A DNA stretch of 64,000 nucleotides from Harriotta raleighana (taxonomy: Eukaryota): the NCBI GenBank assembly GCA_050575255.1, contig JBNZDD010013678.1, positions 1,087,653 through 1,151,652 of the forward strand, in the 5' to 3' direction. Positions 1 through 13,119 of this stretch are shown here, one piece after another (positions within the stretch are counted from its first letter, which is position 1; each line of letters opens with the position of its first letter). The translations under genes and the position numbers were made by a program. The notes under the pieces are model-generated. The model did not search any database. It was not told where the DNA came from and saw only the letters and a list, made by a program, of their open reading frames with translations.

Positions 1-223
1 AGTTGTTCGAATCTGGAATGCATTGCCTGAAAAGGTGGTGGAGGCTGATTCGATAACAACTTTTAAAAGGAAATTAGATCTTTATTTAGGGAGAACAGGT
101 CTATTAGGCTATGGGGAGCGAGCAGGGCAGTGGGATTAAATCGCTCTTTTCAAAGAGCCGGCACAGACTAGATGGGCCGAATGGCCTCCTTTTGTGCTGT
201 AAAATTCTATGAATCTATGAATC
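1..223 (+). mobile_element. CR1-clade LINE 3' end (family A)
   Basis: 2-139 translates to VVRIWNALPEKVVEADSITTFKRKLDLYL...GYGERAGQWD*, the typical CR1 ORF2 C-terminus. It is followed by the gatgggccgaatggcct 3' hairpin and a (tctatgaa)n tail. Confidence 0.9.
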
Positions 224-499
224 ATAAACTGCAGCCAACCCTATAAACTTTAGTTCACAACTAATTTAAAAGCATTTTTTTTTTTTTTACTGATTTTCTC
301 TTCCTCAGAGGTACAAATAANAAACTGCAGCCAACCCTATAAACTTTAGTTCACAACTAATTTAAGAGCATTTTTTTTTTTTTTACTGATTTTCTCTTCC
401 TCAGAGGTACAAATAATCCACATATCCTATTGATATTCCTTCCTCACTACCTTTGTCTCACCCACCCCCACCCCTCCCTTCTCTTCCTAGTTTCAGGTC

Positions 500-621
500 A
501 CAGCTAAAGAGCTTTCTTTGCGACCGCGCCTTCGTTCACGCTTTTCTCCCCTGCCGTTATTGTGAAGCGCTCTGAGATTCCGTCCGGCGTGCTAAATAAA
601 TCAAAGTTGTTGTTGTTGTTG
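500..621 (+). mobile_element. L2-type LINE/SINE 3' tail variant (related short copies near 25790-25855 and 61540-61605)
   Basis: Shared motif aagcgctctgaga..cgtccggcgtg..aaatc(c/a)aagttgttg ending in (GTT)n. Confidence 0.55.
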
Positions 622-1392
622 ATCTTGGGACACATTTGGTTGAGAGATAAGGGGTGTTATGCATGGTACAGTATTACAGTGTAAAATGCCATCATTGATT
701 GGCAAGATGCTAGCGTTCATGACTAAGGGAGCCGAGAGATTTCAACGGGTACTTCGAGTGACGCCTGATCTCTACAGAGAGGGTGAATGAATGTCATTCC
801 CAAGTTAAATGAACTTTTCTGAACAAATTGTGCCTGAGCGCCAACTCCAAGGAATACAAAACAGCAAATGTCGCTTAGTAGCTCAAACTTTTCCTGTAAC
901 CCCAATTGATCTGGAAGCCTGATTTCCTCATGTGCGAACTGGCAAAACAGAAGGCAAGTACAGTACTCAGACCTGCTCAACACGAAGGCATGAAATCAAA
1001 CGAGAACTATTCAGGGCAGATGGATCAATGATTAGATGTGCAATCAAAAACTGGAGCGGCCACAAAAGTAACTGTGGCTGTTTGTGCTCATATGAATATT
1101 ATTCAAGGAACTACCCAGGTTTGTTCGACTGCTTTGAAATTACTTCTGCGTATCAAATCTAATTGTTAGGCATCAGAATTCGGGACATCGTTCGTACAAT
1201 GTACCAAAAAAAAGTAAAATTCCATCTTTCATTGCAGGTGATTTTCTGACCACAATGAGACTTTATTGCAGCTCAGAAATAAATTGGGCTCCTTCGGTTT
1301 ACGTTGCAGATTGATGTACAATAAACTAATTTTAGAAGAGATGACTGATGCTATTTCATTCATATGTATGTGTCTCTGCACAAGTTCAGTTG

Positions 1393-1708
1393 TAATAATA
1401 ACAATAATAATCCTTGATATACCACTTTTCATGTCTTCTAGACATCCCAAAACGCTTCGCAGAAGATACCATAAAGTGAATTGACTGCATATTTGTGGTC
1501 AAAACATGACGGTCAATTGTACACGCAGTATTCCACAAACAGCCGTGGATTGAAATAACCAAATTCATTATTCATTTTCTTTTTTTTAAGGGTTTCTTAT
1601 CAGGTGTGTGGAGTACGGAAACTTACCCAAGGTTTTGCCCTACCTAGAATCGAAATCAGGTATCTTGCTTGCAAGGCGAGTGCTCTAACCACTGAGCTAC
1701 AGGACTTC
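1393..1708 (-). mobile_element. tRNA-derived SINE (dominant family), near full length
   Basis: Reverse complement has the A-box head tcctgtagctcagtggttagagcactcgccttgcaagc, the shared body, and a (TTA)n tail. Confidence 0.85.
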
Positions 1709-4700
1709 AAGACACCTCAAAGTGCTTCACAGGGGAAACTGTAACGTAGGTTGACTGTGAATTTTATGGGCAAAATAACCAGGAAAAGAAAATGTTGCTG
1801 TACAGGTCTTCACAGTTGATAAAAGCCAACTTTCTGACTTGTTCTCCAGTTGCTAAAGGGATAATTACAATTCAATTCTGGAATAAAAAATGCACAGCTA
1901 TCGAAGAAACTCAGAGCTCCGCGAATAAATTACAAATGGCAGAGTAGAGTGGAATTATATGCTCAAGAGTTCCAACTGCTTTGTAAGGAATTATGCACAC
2001 ACGAGGATTTAACCTTTGAATAAAAAAAGGAATCAATTGACAAGTATTCAACAATTATCGCAAAGAAAATTGTAGGAGGTAACAATACATCAAAATTCTG
2101 CACACAGAGAACTTCAGGTGGAAAACTGCCCACAAACACATTTAGCACCATGTGGTGAAAACTGAGGAGATATATTTATAGAGAGAGAGAAAGAGAGAGA
2201 TAAAAATCTAGGCGGTGAATCACCGAGTTCCTAACTGATGGAGTTGAGCTCAGTTATGACAGGTGGATTTGGTAAGCCTCACTCCACAATCAATCTTGCC
2301 GGCAGAGAGTCATTGAGAACAGGCTGGTTTTCCACTAACGTTAGAGAGCAAGGTAGTATAATTCTGAGTACTAATGTAGACCTAACCATCTATAGATGAG
2401 ATAATATATTATTGAACCCGATAGGTGTCGTAAATGCATAAATTCTTTTATATAATTAATTTCAGACGTTTTCGTTCATTATGCACCCTCTGCTCCATTT
2501 AAAATGGCCATCTGAATTGGTCAGAACATTATTATTTGGGCTAGCCGTAATTAGTTTCATGAATAATTTCTCAGCTTCATAAATCCAGCTAAATATGATT
2601 GAGATTAGTTAGCGAGTAACATCACAGCCATTTTACAGACAGATGGACTTAAATCACTTGAATCAAAGCAACAGTTAACACAACATTATCATCCCATTTA
2701 CCAAGTATTAAGAGGTAATAAGGCAAAACAGCTTTGTTTAACAAACCATTTTAGTAAAATAAAATGTATGAATGAACTGAGTCAGTCATTTAGAGTCTGA
2801 AGAAATCATTGGTTTCACTCTAGAATGCTTTTAAACCCTTTTTTGCCCACTAATACACAGTAATATTCAAGCCAAGTGGGTCGTTAATCATGAACTATCA
2901 TTTTATTCCCTAAAACGTTGTCAACCGTGCGAATATAAAAAATATCCCATGAAACAACCCATTCGACTCAGTGTTACATTATTTCCCAGATTACTATACT
3001 GAATGTTATTACCTTCCACCAAGGGATTAATGTTGTCGATATGCATTGGCAATCAGCCCTTTTTCGTTTACATTGGGATTAATATCAGTTAATGTTTATT
3101 TAAAATGAGCCTCAACAATTAAAATTTGGGTTACACTCACTTGCCGAGCCCTTCGTTTATGAAAAGAAAATAAAGGGCTGTGTTTCCCATGAAATGACTC
3201 AATGTGCGTTCGCTTATACAAAATAGATCGTTCTTCTCATTTATTTTCCAGTGTTATTTTCGTTAAAAGACGAAACTCAAGCTGAAGAAATATATCGAAG
3301 TCAAACTGGAGCACTGAATGAATTTATCACACCAACTAATTGTGTTTCAGTGGTTATCTGCCTGGGTGATGGCAGAATCGACAAGAGCAGTGCGATCGAA
3401 ATTTAAAGAGTAGCAATAGAAAGACCGAGATCAACTATTAACTGCGTGAGATGAGTCAAAAACCTGCAGCAGCAAAAACATTTAAGATGGCTCCCTCCAG
3501 CCGGGAGCAGAAGGGCAAAGTGTTAATTATTGCAAACTATTTTGTTGCTTGTGGCAGAGTCAGTGCAGAGAGAGAGAGAAAAAAAAATGTTCTGACCAGA
3601 GTTAATGGCGAGAGACCCAACTTCCCATCGCAAGCAAATCCTGGTGATATTGAAACAAAGCTTGTGATCTGGCCTGTTCAGAGAATGATCCCAAGGCGGA
3701 TGAGATCAATGCAATGAGATGGCTGCGATTTTTTTTTATTCTAACCCAGTTGTGTGATGCAATTTCATCAGACAACACTGCTCCCCGGATTTATTGTACC
3801 AGCAACCTTTCAGAATTGAACAGGATGTTCCTCTGAAGGAACAACAGGTTTTATTGAATCCAGGTGAGCATGGCTAAGGTGAAATGTTTGCCATTGAAAG
3901 TTGAAATTGATGCTTCCATTCAAATTACTTTCACAGCTTCTGATAAAGGTTAGGCGTAATGTGTTCTTTTCTCCGAAAAAGATTCGATTGAATACCCGGC
4001 TAATCGGTGTCCTTCTTAAATCAGGCTGGAACCCAGAGAGTGCTGCCACTTAACAAAGGAAGTATTTTGGGGGCAAAACCGTCGACACTGGGAGACTGAA
4101 GACGTTTCAAAAAGAAAATGGGCTCTTATTAAATGCAGCCACAACGCCCATTTCACAACTCAGTTGTTGTACACATTTGAAGCAGAGAGCAAAGCTCTTA
4201 TTGCCATCGTCACTGAATCCACGACTGTTTGTGGGACACGACTGCGTGCAATTATTTATGAAACACTGCTGTGCTGCCACGTTTCGCCCAAAGACTATAC
4301 GGTAAATTCATTTTACAGTGTATTTCCATGAAGCTTTTTGAGATGCCTCGAAGATGTAATAAGGCTCTACATCAAATACAAGTGTTATGACTATTACGGT
4401 GTTGGAGAGTATACAGGAATAATTTTTCCCAATTGCTTCCAACTGATTTTAAAAGATCAAATGGTATGCTGCTAAACTGAGCAGAATTCCCAAGAACATT
4501 CCATCAATTGAGCAATTATATTCCATTCCTATTTTGCATGGCTTTGAGATAACTCATTTCTGGTGTGAGAGAGAGAGAGATAGAGAGAGATACGGGGCAG
4601 TCCAATTCATAATATGGAACATTAAAATATCTGAATTGTTCTAAATGTCATATTAAAATTAATTAACTGAGAATAAATGATTAAAAAAGCCAGATCAGTC

Positions 4701-4869
4701 AGCTTCAACATTATTTTAAATTGAATGCTGGAGAGACTATTAATTAATTAGACCAATTAATTTATTAGTGTAATGTGATAAACAGTTTCCCTTTGTAATC
4801 GGTTTCCAATGGTCAGTTTATAATTGGAAACATTTAAAGCACAGTCATTCATTATCTTCTATATAATCT

Positions 4870-5185
4870 ATAATAATAATCCTTGCATTTGATATAGCGC
4901 TTTTCACATCTTATCGACGTCCCAAAGCATTTCACAAAATATACTGTAAAGTGAATTGACTGTATATTTGTGGGCGGAATGCAGCAATCAATTGCGCACA
5001 GCAGCGTCCCCCACAAACAGTCATGGATTGAAATGACCAATTTTATTATTGTGGTTTTTTTGGAGGATTATTAGGCATGTGGAGTAAGGAAACTTGCCCA
5101 AGGTTTCGCCCTGATCTGCCTGGATTCGAACACAGGTCTCATGCTTGTAAGGCGAGTGCTCTAACCACTAAGCCACAGGAGCTCC
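4870..5185 (-). mobile_element. tRNA-derived SINE, full length
   Basis: Head ggagctcctgtggcttagtggttagagc...gttcgaatcc (Pol III A and B boxes); tail gaaaagcgctatatcaaatgcaagg(att)n. Confidence 0.9.
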
Positions 5186-5272
5186 ACATATATCTACGTA
5201 TATATGTACATATTATATATAGTACTGCTGACGTGAAAGGTGTTATACAAGTGTAATTTTGTTGTTGCTGTT

Positions 5273-5440
5273 GTTCAAGACAGTCCTCTTCGACAGTCCC
5301 ATCGGTCACCCCAATTCCCCTTCTTTCCCTCCACCCTCCCCGAACTCGATCCCGGTTCGGGACTGAAATATTGACTGTCCAGCGACGTCCTCCTGACGTG
5401 AAAGGCGCTATAAAATGGAATTTTGTTGTTGTTGTGGTTG
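5273..5440 (+). mobile_element. L2 LINE 3' tail fragment
   Basis: ttcaagac..tcctcttcgac, C-rich UTR, gacgtgaaaggcgctata..(ttg)n; matches the end of the RT-bearing L2 at 45055-46035. Confidence 0.8.
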
Positions 5441-5500
5441 TATTCAGCATAATCATGACGCCAAGGTTTGCGATGCATTCATTAGCAGTATTAAGCACAA

Positions 5501-5845
5501 CAAAGTAGATAGTGGGAGATTGTTTCCCCTCATTGGAGAAACTAGAACCAGGGATCACAGTCTTAAAGATAGGGGTCAGCCCTTTCACACTGAGTTGTGA
5601 AAAAACTTCTTCACTCAGAGGGTAGTGAATTTATGGAATTCTCTACCCCAAAGGGCTGTAGATGCTCAGTCCTTGAATATATTCAAGACTGAGATTGATA
5701 GATTTCTTGTGGATAAAGGGATTAAGGAATATGGGGATAAGTGGGGGGCAGGTGGAGTTTGAATAGAAGATCAACCATGATCCTATTGAATGGTGGGGCA
5801 GGCTCGAGGGGCCAAATGGCCTACTCCTAATTCTTATGTTCTTAT
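5501..5845 (+). mobile_element. CR1-clade LINE 3' fragment (family B), pseudogenised
   Basis: KVDSGRLFPLIGETRTRDHSLK...EL*KNFFTQRVVNLWNSLPQRAVDAQSLNIFKTEIDRFL; 3' gaggggccaaatggcctactcct and (tcttatgt)n tail. Confidence 0.9.
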
Positions 5846-6414
5846 ATTCACATCAAGTTACCATATTTACTAGGTGCTGCTGTCAGAATCCTAACTGTAA
5901 TTTTAGTTAGCTAAACTCTGTGTCAATCACCCTCCATTCCTTCAATTAGTGCATTCTACTCGACTTCATAATTTGATGCTGAAGAAACTCATCTGGGAAT
6001 CCTTCGGTTCACTCGAAGCTGATTTTCAACTGTGGAAAATGACAGTACAATTTCAAATACTCTCGGCAGATGTCAATCCCTGATTTGGTAGCGATCGAGT
6101 GCGTTTTTCAATCATCTTAATTTTAATTTGGACGAGATGACACAAATTCGGATGCGTTTCCGAAAAAACAAGTGGGGTTGTTACTGATAATGATTGGGGA
6201 GTGACAGGATTTTATCATTCTGATGCACTGTACCACAAACAGAGGGCGATAGGTTCATTTGCAATTATTTCCCTCACAGTCAAGTCAAAATGTCAGCTAT
6301 GATATACTTTTATGTCACATATATCTATCATCGCTTCATGGATTGTTGAATGTATGGAATTGGCAAACTAACATTTATGGTTCATTGTGGTATGTATACT
6401 CATCCGTTGATCCT

Positions 6415-6600
6415 AAATAATAATAATAATCCTTGCATTTGGTACAGCTCTTTTCATGTCTTCTAGAGGTCTCAAAGCACTTCACAGAATATTCTGTAAA
6501 GTGAATTGACTATATATTTGTGGGCGAAATGCGGCAGCAGCCAATTGCGCACAGCAGCGTCCCCCACAAACAGTCGTGGATTGAAATTGATTATTATTTA
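6415..6600 (-). mobile_element. tRNA-SINE family, 3' half
   Basis: Matches body and tail of the full-length copies. Confidence 0.85.
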
Positions 6601-8349
6601 TCATTATTATTACTTATAAATGTTAATGTACTCATTGGGGTCAAACTTGCGATGACTGTTAATCGGTTTTGATGGATGGATGCATGGATCGCATGCATCA
6701 ATCACATGGGTTTGGAGGATCACAAAATGACTAATTGCTAAAAAGGTTGAAAGCTGATGAAGGCAGGAGGGGCCGAGTTTCCTTGGCTCGTCAATTGACA
6801 CGAGCGGAGCCAAGTTCGACGACTATTCCTGGCAATTCCTTGTTTTATTGAAGAGGAGATAAGAATCTGCAGGGCTGCACAAACCCGGATGCTACTTTAA
6901 AGAGCGTTACTTGCGCTAAAAATTACGGTCATGGTTTAAGTCCTGATCAAATGGCAATTAGCCATTTTGTTTTCAAGTAGCTACAAATGGCTTCAGTGCC
7001 CTGAGACTAACTGGGCTGGGGAGATTCAATCAAAGACTCCTACTCCTTTTTGTTATTCAACAACACCAGTTCACAAATACACCTAATAATAATAACAATA
7101 ATAATAATACTGTAATAATAATACAGGTAGTTCCATTTGATATTTGATCCATTCAAATTTCCAAGACTTACCTAAATTTTTGTTAAATGGGATGATAAAG
7201 GGATATGGGGCAAAGGCGGGTCATTGGAGTTGAGATACAGATAGTTCAGCTTGAGGGACTGAATGGACTACTTGTGTTCCCAACCTCTTTTATGCATCTC
7301 AAAGCAGTCGGCTTAGAGAGGTATTGTTCTTATATCCTTGTACAGCACCTTATCACACTATTGAGGCGTCTAAAAGCGCTTCATGGGGTACACTGTAGAG
7401 TGTAATGACCGTGTATTTTGTGAGTGAGAGGGGTGTGTGAATGTCAGACGAGCACAGAATCAGTCTCGGTTGTGGTGGCCTCTTATAATCCTGCAGAAGT
7501 ACACTGTTCAAGGCCACACAAGAAATGTAGAGCGTGTTAGTGGCGTGTTAGTAGAGCAGAACAATGTCTGTCTTCAGGAATAACAGGAGAAAAAAGAGAG
7601 GAGAGAAAATTCACACACACAAAAAACACAACAGTTCCATGAACCACAGGAACTTAAACACCCACCCATTTCACTGACATTCCCAATGTCTAGCTTTCTA
7701 CATCCACGGAATCATGATTTTCTTAATAGGTCTGACCGGATCCATCAACAAACTGCTACCATCATCAGTAATGACTGTCTAGACCGCTGGAAAAAGGCTA
7801 ACGCAAATGCATTTGATATTCCTCTGCATCTATGTTAATTTTTCTGAGCAAAGGTACGGCTGGTTGGTCGCTAAAAATTCATGAGCCGACGAGAATTTTT
7901 ACACAGAACATCAAAACACTGACAGCTTTGCCCGGGGCTGCCGTTCAGCACTTAACCAGGAAACAATTTCTATGGGAAAAGGGACGCGTTTTCTCTTTTA
8001 ATCATTGACATATCAAACGCAATGACACAGAGATAAATTTTAATTTCTTTTTTAGCTCAACAGCAATTATTTGACACCAGGTAATGCTCCTCTCAAACGG
8101 ATCAAAGTCATGCAAAAACTGCAAGCGATGTGAGCAATGGATTCTCTCTTAAACTGAAACATTTTATGTAACAGTCATTTGTGTTTAAAGCAGTGAAGAC
8201 ATCGCTCTATGATGTAATATTGAAGAGTGTCTATTTAACACTTAATGGATATCCAACAGTCCAATCTTGAATGGAGCTAATCAGATTTGTTTTATATTAG
8301 ACTGGACGCAAAATAGACTTTGCGCTTTATTTCAATGAAAGATTTAACT

Positions 8350-8740
8350 TGATCCCAGAAAGTTGCTAGTTTAAATCCCTTTTCAGGACTTGGAGCTCAC
8401 ACTATTGTCCTACACTGACTGACACTGCAGTGTAGTTCAAGATGAGTGATGCGTTAGCAAAGGTGACGTCCTTCAGAGGAGATGTTAAAAGGAGGTCTTG
8501 TCTGTCTGTTTAGGTGGAGATTAAAGATCCCATGGCAGTTGTTAAAATTGGTAGGGAGTGTCTGATTAACAATTTCCTAGGTTAAATTACTCTTTCATTT
8601 CATAGCTGTTTGTGGAACATCGCTTGCGCAAATTGTCTGCCTACAAATACAGAGATTACACTTTACAGTAAATCCCTGTGAGCAGCTGAGGCATTTTGAT
8701 GATATAATAAAGTATTAAATCAACTTCAAGTATTATTGAT
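8350..8740 (+). mobile_element. Old Deu-domain SINE (SacSINE1/AmnSINE1-related), diverged
   Basis: ggtgacgtccttcagaggagatgttaaa..ggaggtc..gtctg..ggtggagattaaagatcccatggca resembles the Deu core as I recall it (ggtgccgtctttcggatgagacgttaaaccgagg..ggtggacgtaaaagatcccatggca). It continues into the gctgtttgtgg tail. Confidence 0.7.
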
Positions 8741-9449
8741 ATGATATACTACATTAATGTGGTAATCTAAGGCATGGAATCTCGATGCTGTAATTACCTC
8801 AGCTTTTTATCTATTCCTAGGACTCTTGATTTTCACCAAACACTTAAAGATGGAATCCTTTAACATATCACCAAGGAAATGCTGGAATTTCACAGCAGAT
8901 CATTCAACATTTGAAAGAGAAAAACAAAAGCTCAAACATGTTTCATGTTTATTCGTCAGATTTTAATCATAGTATACACCCAGCTATCAGCCCACTAAAT
9001 ACAGACAATCACATGTCACCTCAAAAAGGCACGGTTCAGAAGACTAACCACATTTGTATAAATCATTTTCTGGTAAGCACTTTCTGGTTTGGTTGAGATT
9101 TAATGATTAGATTAGGTTACGGTTCATCGCCTGCAAATTGCTCATTTTTTTAGTTGATAGAAATGCTGAAACGAGTGCAGCGTTTCTTGGCAAACTAGTT
9201 ACTCTCCGAGCAACAGTGTACGGCTGATTCACCGTGCGCATAATGAACAAAAGGCAAGATTTATCAATACAGAAAAATATAGAAAGGTAGCACACTTGAA
9301 AACCAGTTTTATTTTTTAACTCTTGTTTTTTGCAAGTTGGCTCAACGAGGATCTTATCCAGTCAGCGACTGAAACCAAGAGCCCGATCTTGTGTACGTAC
9401 CTGTACCTCCATCTACTCTTTTGAATGAATAGATATAACATCAAATTAA

Positions 9450-9633
9450 AACAATAATAAAACTGGTCATTTCAACCCACGAGTGTTTATAGGGACGTTG
9501 CTGTGCGCAACTGTCTGCGTTTCGCCCACAAATATACAGTCAATTCATTTTACAGTATATTCTGTGAAGCACTTTGAGACATTTAGAGGATGTGAAAAGT
9601 GCGATATCAAATGCAAGGATTATTATTATTATT
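9450..9633 (+). mobile_element. tRNA-SINE family, 3' half
   Basis: Body plus atcaaatgcaagg(att)n tail. Confidence 0.85.
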
Positions 9634-10419
9634 TTAACCAATTCCCTCAAAAGTTCAGCATTAATTTGGCTACACTCTTTATTTCAAGAGGAAATGTTTC
9701 TTTTTTTTATTTTGGGTTCCCTCTGTGTTTTGATCATGAATTCAGTGAGAAACCTCAGAGATGCACTGATAATCCAGAAACCCAATGGGAGACTTAATTT
9801 TTTATCGCGACATAATCAAAGCAACTGCAACCAGTTGAGAGACTTCAGATTCTTCATCGGTATGGGACAGATGAGGGAGCTGGGGAAGAGGGATATGTTT
9901 GAGGAGGTATGTGTGGTGTCAAAATGCCAGCCGTGGACTAATGGTCCAAATTATAATATATTTATTCTGTGTCCCTGTATCATCTATCACCTCAGACTTG
10001 GCTTGGCTTTGTTGAGCTTTCTCCAATTCCGCTCTAATCTTATGTGTGTGGGATACCAATCCTCAGCATGAGAATCCGACTCCAGCATTAGACGTGACCT
10101 GTTCTGCATTAGAATAATCAACTTAAACTCACATGCCCTTGAGATGCACCCACATATTTGATTAGCTTTGTCGGGAACAGCTTCCTATTGACCACAAACT
10201 TTTGATTAAACGGTCGATAACTTAAACCGTTTCCCTGCCAGCCGTTCTGCTAATGAATTCGCCTTTTTTTGAAAAGTGATTTCCATTCCCGCGCACGTTG
10301 CTTTATATTCATCGACTTTCAGGTCTACCTGCAGTCCCTGCCACATTTTTCTTAAATAGGCCAGGTATTATTTCATGCTGTCATCTACCTCTCTTATATT
10401 TGTCACTGTACCACATTTT

Positions 10420-10713
10420 GGAGCTCCTGTAGCTCAGTAGTTAGAGCTCTCGCTTTACAAGCAGGAGATCTATGGTCGAATCCAGGCAGATCAGGGCGAA
10501 ACCTCAGGCAAGTTTCCTTACTCCACACACAAATATAAACATACACGTCTAATAATAATCCATCCCCAAAAAAACACAATAATAAAAATTGGTTATTTCA
10601 ATCCACGACTGTTTGTGGGGACGCTGCTGTGCGCAATCGGCTGTCACGTTTCGCCCACAAATATACAGTCAATTCACTTTACAGTATAATCTGTGAAGCG
10701 CTTTGAGACGTCG
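10420..10713 (+). mobile_element. tRNA-derived SINE, 3'-truncated, ending about 48 bp from the GALNT13 splice donor (antisense to the gene)
   Basis: Head ggagctcctgtagctcag..cgctttacaagc..gtcgaatcc and full body; lacks the terminal tail. Confidence 0.9.
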
Positions 10714-10761
10714 AACAGTTAAACAGTTTTGTTTAACAACTAGAAATACATCAAGACTCAC

Positions 10762-10930
10762 CCTTCTAATCTCACATCTGGCAGCGTTCTGTTGAGTGCA
10801 ATCATGTCGCTGGCCATGAGATTGAACTGGTTGATTTTGAACAAGTCCTTCATCTTCTCCTGATCGTCTTTCGGAATGACAACTGCTTTCCCCATCTCAC
10901 CCGGGCCTTCCTGTGCTCTGGATATAACAG
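10762..10930 (-). CDS. GALNT13: Internal coding exon (169 bp, phase 1 in / phase 2 out) of polypeptide N-acetylgalactosaminyltransferase 13, stem region before the catalytic domain
   Basis: Translates to (A)[55 protein letters not shown](G), nearly identical to vertebrate GALNT13 as I recall it. The [17 protein letters not shown] start separates it from GALNT1 ([15 protein letters not shown]). Acceptor tttcttttttctcttgttAG ends at 10931 and donor GTGAGT starts at 10761 (minus strand). The N-R-T sequon is kept. Confidence 0.95.
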
Positions 10931-11779
10931 CTAACAAGAGAAAAAAGAAATGCAAGACTGAATTCAAACACAGGCGCAAGCTTTGTGATCTCAGTTAAAA
11001 AATACCAATTATTAAACGCACACATATATTTAATTTAGTACTACACACCCACATTCTATTCCAAATGATTTACAGCAGGAAAATGCGTGGTGGGATCCAG
11101 TAATTGGTGCAAAGAGTATTTTGAGCAATATACACGGGTGGTACAATTGTACCAATTAAGAAATATATAACCTCACTGCACGCAATTGTCATTTTATTTA
11201 TTGAAGGAACTATACCGAAATTTAAAGTCATCCAATTCAGTTATGGGCAAATCATTTGAAATGGCCTAATTCAAAATTACTTGATGATTTTATCGTACAT
11301 ACAACACAAATCCTTTTGTCTACTTCTAATTAGAATGTGTAATAGTTACAAGCAAGAAACCAATCCTTCTGCTTGTGCATATCATCCAACCCCGTTATTC
11401 CATTTAAATATTTTATGGATTTTAATTATTTCAGATTTTATGCTTGCATTTTGATATATTGTTTGTGTAATCTAATCGGATCAGAAAATTATCAGATCAC
11501 TTCTTCCCCCCGTTGGCAAATCAGAACTCCCATGCTGAAATCCATAATGCGTTCATTCTGAACAAATTATCCTACAAATAAAATTGCAAACACAATATTG
11601 TCCAAAGTGCTTCCAACTAGTCCTTCGTCTATTTAGTCCAGATGAAAGAAATTCCCTCACAATAGCAATTATCTCTCTGGGAATTACACTGAAATGGTTT
11701 AAGCATTCATTTCACAGCGTGTTTGGGAAAGTGTTGCATGAACCTTATTCCCAACACTATATCCGATTCTTTCGGTCAT

Positions 11780-11955
11780 GCCTTCGTTGAATCTCCTGTT
11801 TGACCGCGCCTTTGGCCACCCTCCTATGCCCATCCTCCCTGCCCTCCACGTCCGCTGATCCCCAGCCCCCAGCTCGGTCCAAATCTCTGACTGTCCAGTG
11901 TCTTGTGTTTCCTTTTGATGCGAATGGCGCTGTGTAAACATAACGTGTTGTTGTA
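11780..11955 (+). mobile_element. L2 LINE 3' tail fragment
   Basis: ctcctgtttgaccgcgcctttgg, C-rich UTR, gactgtccagtg, (ttg) end. Confidence 0.7.
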
Positions 11956-12129
11956 TTTATACTGCACATTTGGGAGGTCAACCACAGAACCTCTGACTGA
12001 CAGCAACTGCCAAAAGGGCAGGGTAAATGGGGACAACAACAACATGCATTTATATAGCGCCCTTCACACTGGGTAGTGTCCTGGGACTCAACCAATACTG
12101 GGGCTCTTCTCTTAACACTACTGAATCTT

Positions 12130-12553
12130 CTCTTCGTGCCCTTGCTCCTTCCTATCTCTCTGATCTGCTGTCTCCCTATGAACCTCCCCGCCCCCTCCGT
12201 TCAGCAGGCTCTGGCCTGCTCCATGTCCCACCGCCCGACCTGCCCTACCATCAGCGGATGGGCTTTCAGCCTCTCTGCCTCCACACTCTGGAACAGCATC
12301 TTACAGCCCCTTCACCTCGCTCCCTCCCTCGCCTCCTTCAAGGCTGATCTCAAGACCCTCCTCTTCGATCGTGCCTTCTGCTGTCCTCCAAACTCTCTCC
12401 CTCCCCTCCTAACTCTCTCCCGCCCATCCCACCTACCCTTCCCCCTCTCCCTTGCTCAGGTCCCCACCTGACTGTTCAGCACGTTGGGACGTCCACCCGA
12501 CATGAAAAGCACTCTATAAATGTAATTTTTGTTTTTGTTCTTGTTGTTGTTGT
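12130..12553 (+). mobile_element. L2 LINE 3' fragment
   Basis: LAPSYLSDLLSPYEPPRPLRSAGSGLL then (frameshift) WAFSLSASTLWNSI...LASFKADLKTLLF, the L2 ORF2 C-terminus; (ttg)n tail. Confidence 0.9.
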
Positions 12554-13119
12554 GGATGGCAGTCATTCATGAGTACTGCTCGTGTAGTATACTCCATGTA
12601 GTATAAAACGCAACAGGTACAAATAATGCCAGCTCACTCCTCTTGTTAAACAGTTTCTTAGACTCTGCAATGGACTGGTAAGCAGCTCTTCAAGAACATT
12701 GAAAGAACAAAACACCCATTTTCTGGGTACTGCACATTCGCAAGAACACCCTGCTCGGGAGTATGCAGTTTATTCAGCCACGATTCAAAGGAATATAGAG
12801 CAAGAAATATTAATTGGGTTTCCAGTTCCAGATCACTCGACTGCCTGGGGGCAAAGTAGCTTCATTTCCAGGAGTGTAAAGGCAGCATCATTTGGTTATT
12901 GTACATTATTGACTGATGGAATTGGATACCAGTATTTGTTTTCGCAATGTCAATAAAAACATACAGGCATTTAATATCAATTAATCTGATTCTACAATGA
13001 ATTGTTTTTTTTTAATAATGCAATACAACGATTTTCTTACTATTGTATATGGACCAGTTATCATAAGACAGATAACCAATGCAATCATTAATGTGGTTAT
13101 TACGCAGAAAGACAACTGT

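Larger units (their letters stand above)
1..10761 (-). other. GALNT13: Probable GALNT13 intron downstream of the exon (>10.7 kb)
   Basis: GTGAGT donor at 10761-10756. The expected next exon (CKTKVYP...VFHNEAWSTLLRT) was not found by eye in 1-10761. Confidence 0.7.

Noticed and set aside
226-416. Apparent tandem duplications flanking single N bases (321, 14748, 15033, 15093, 17186, 39600, 39672, 42406, 52349, 62148, 63499)
   Set aside because: Near-identical overlaps on either side of a gap are most simply unmerged contig ends or haplotypes, not biological repeats.
6782-6814. Short nested palindrome cttggctc-gtcaattgac..gagccaag
   Set aside because: Stems are only 6-8 bp and do not extend into the flanks, so this is compatible with chance.
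9574-10071. 165-aa ORF and recurring peptides such as [24 protein letters not shown]
   Set aside because: Chance translations of the high-copy SINE; frames and stops vary between copies.
10931-10979. Signal-peptide-like N-terminus ([16 protein letters not shown]) of ORF 10758..10979
   Set aside because: It starts at TTG and is the intron polypyrimidine tract read in frame; homology begins at the AG acceptor.
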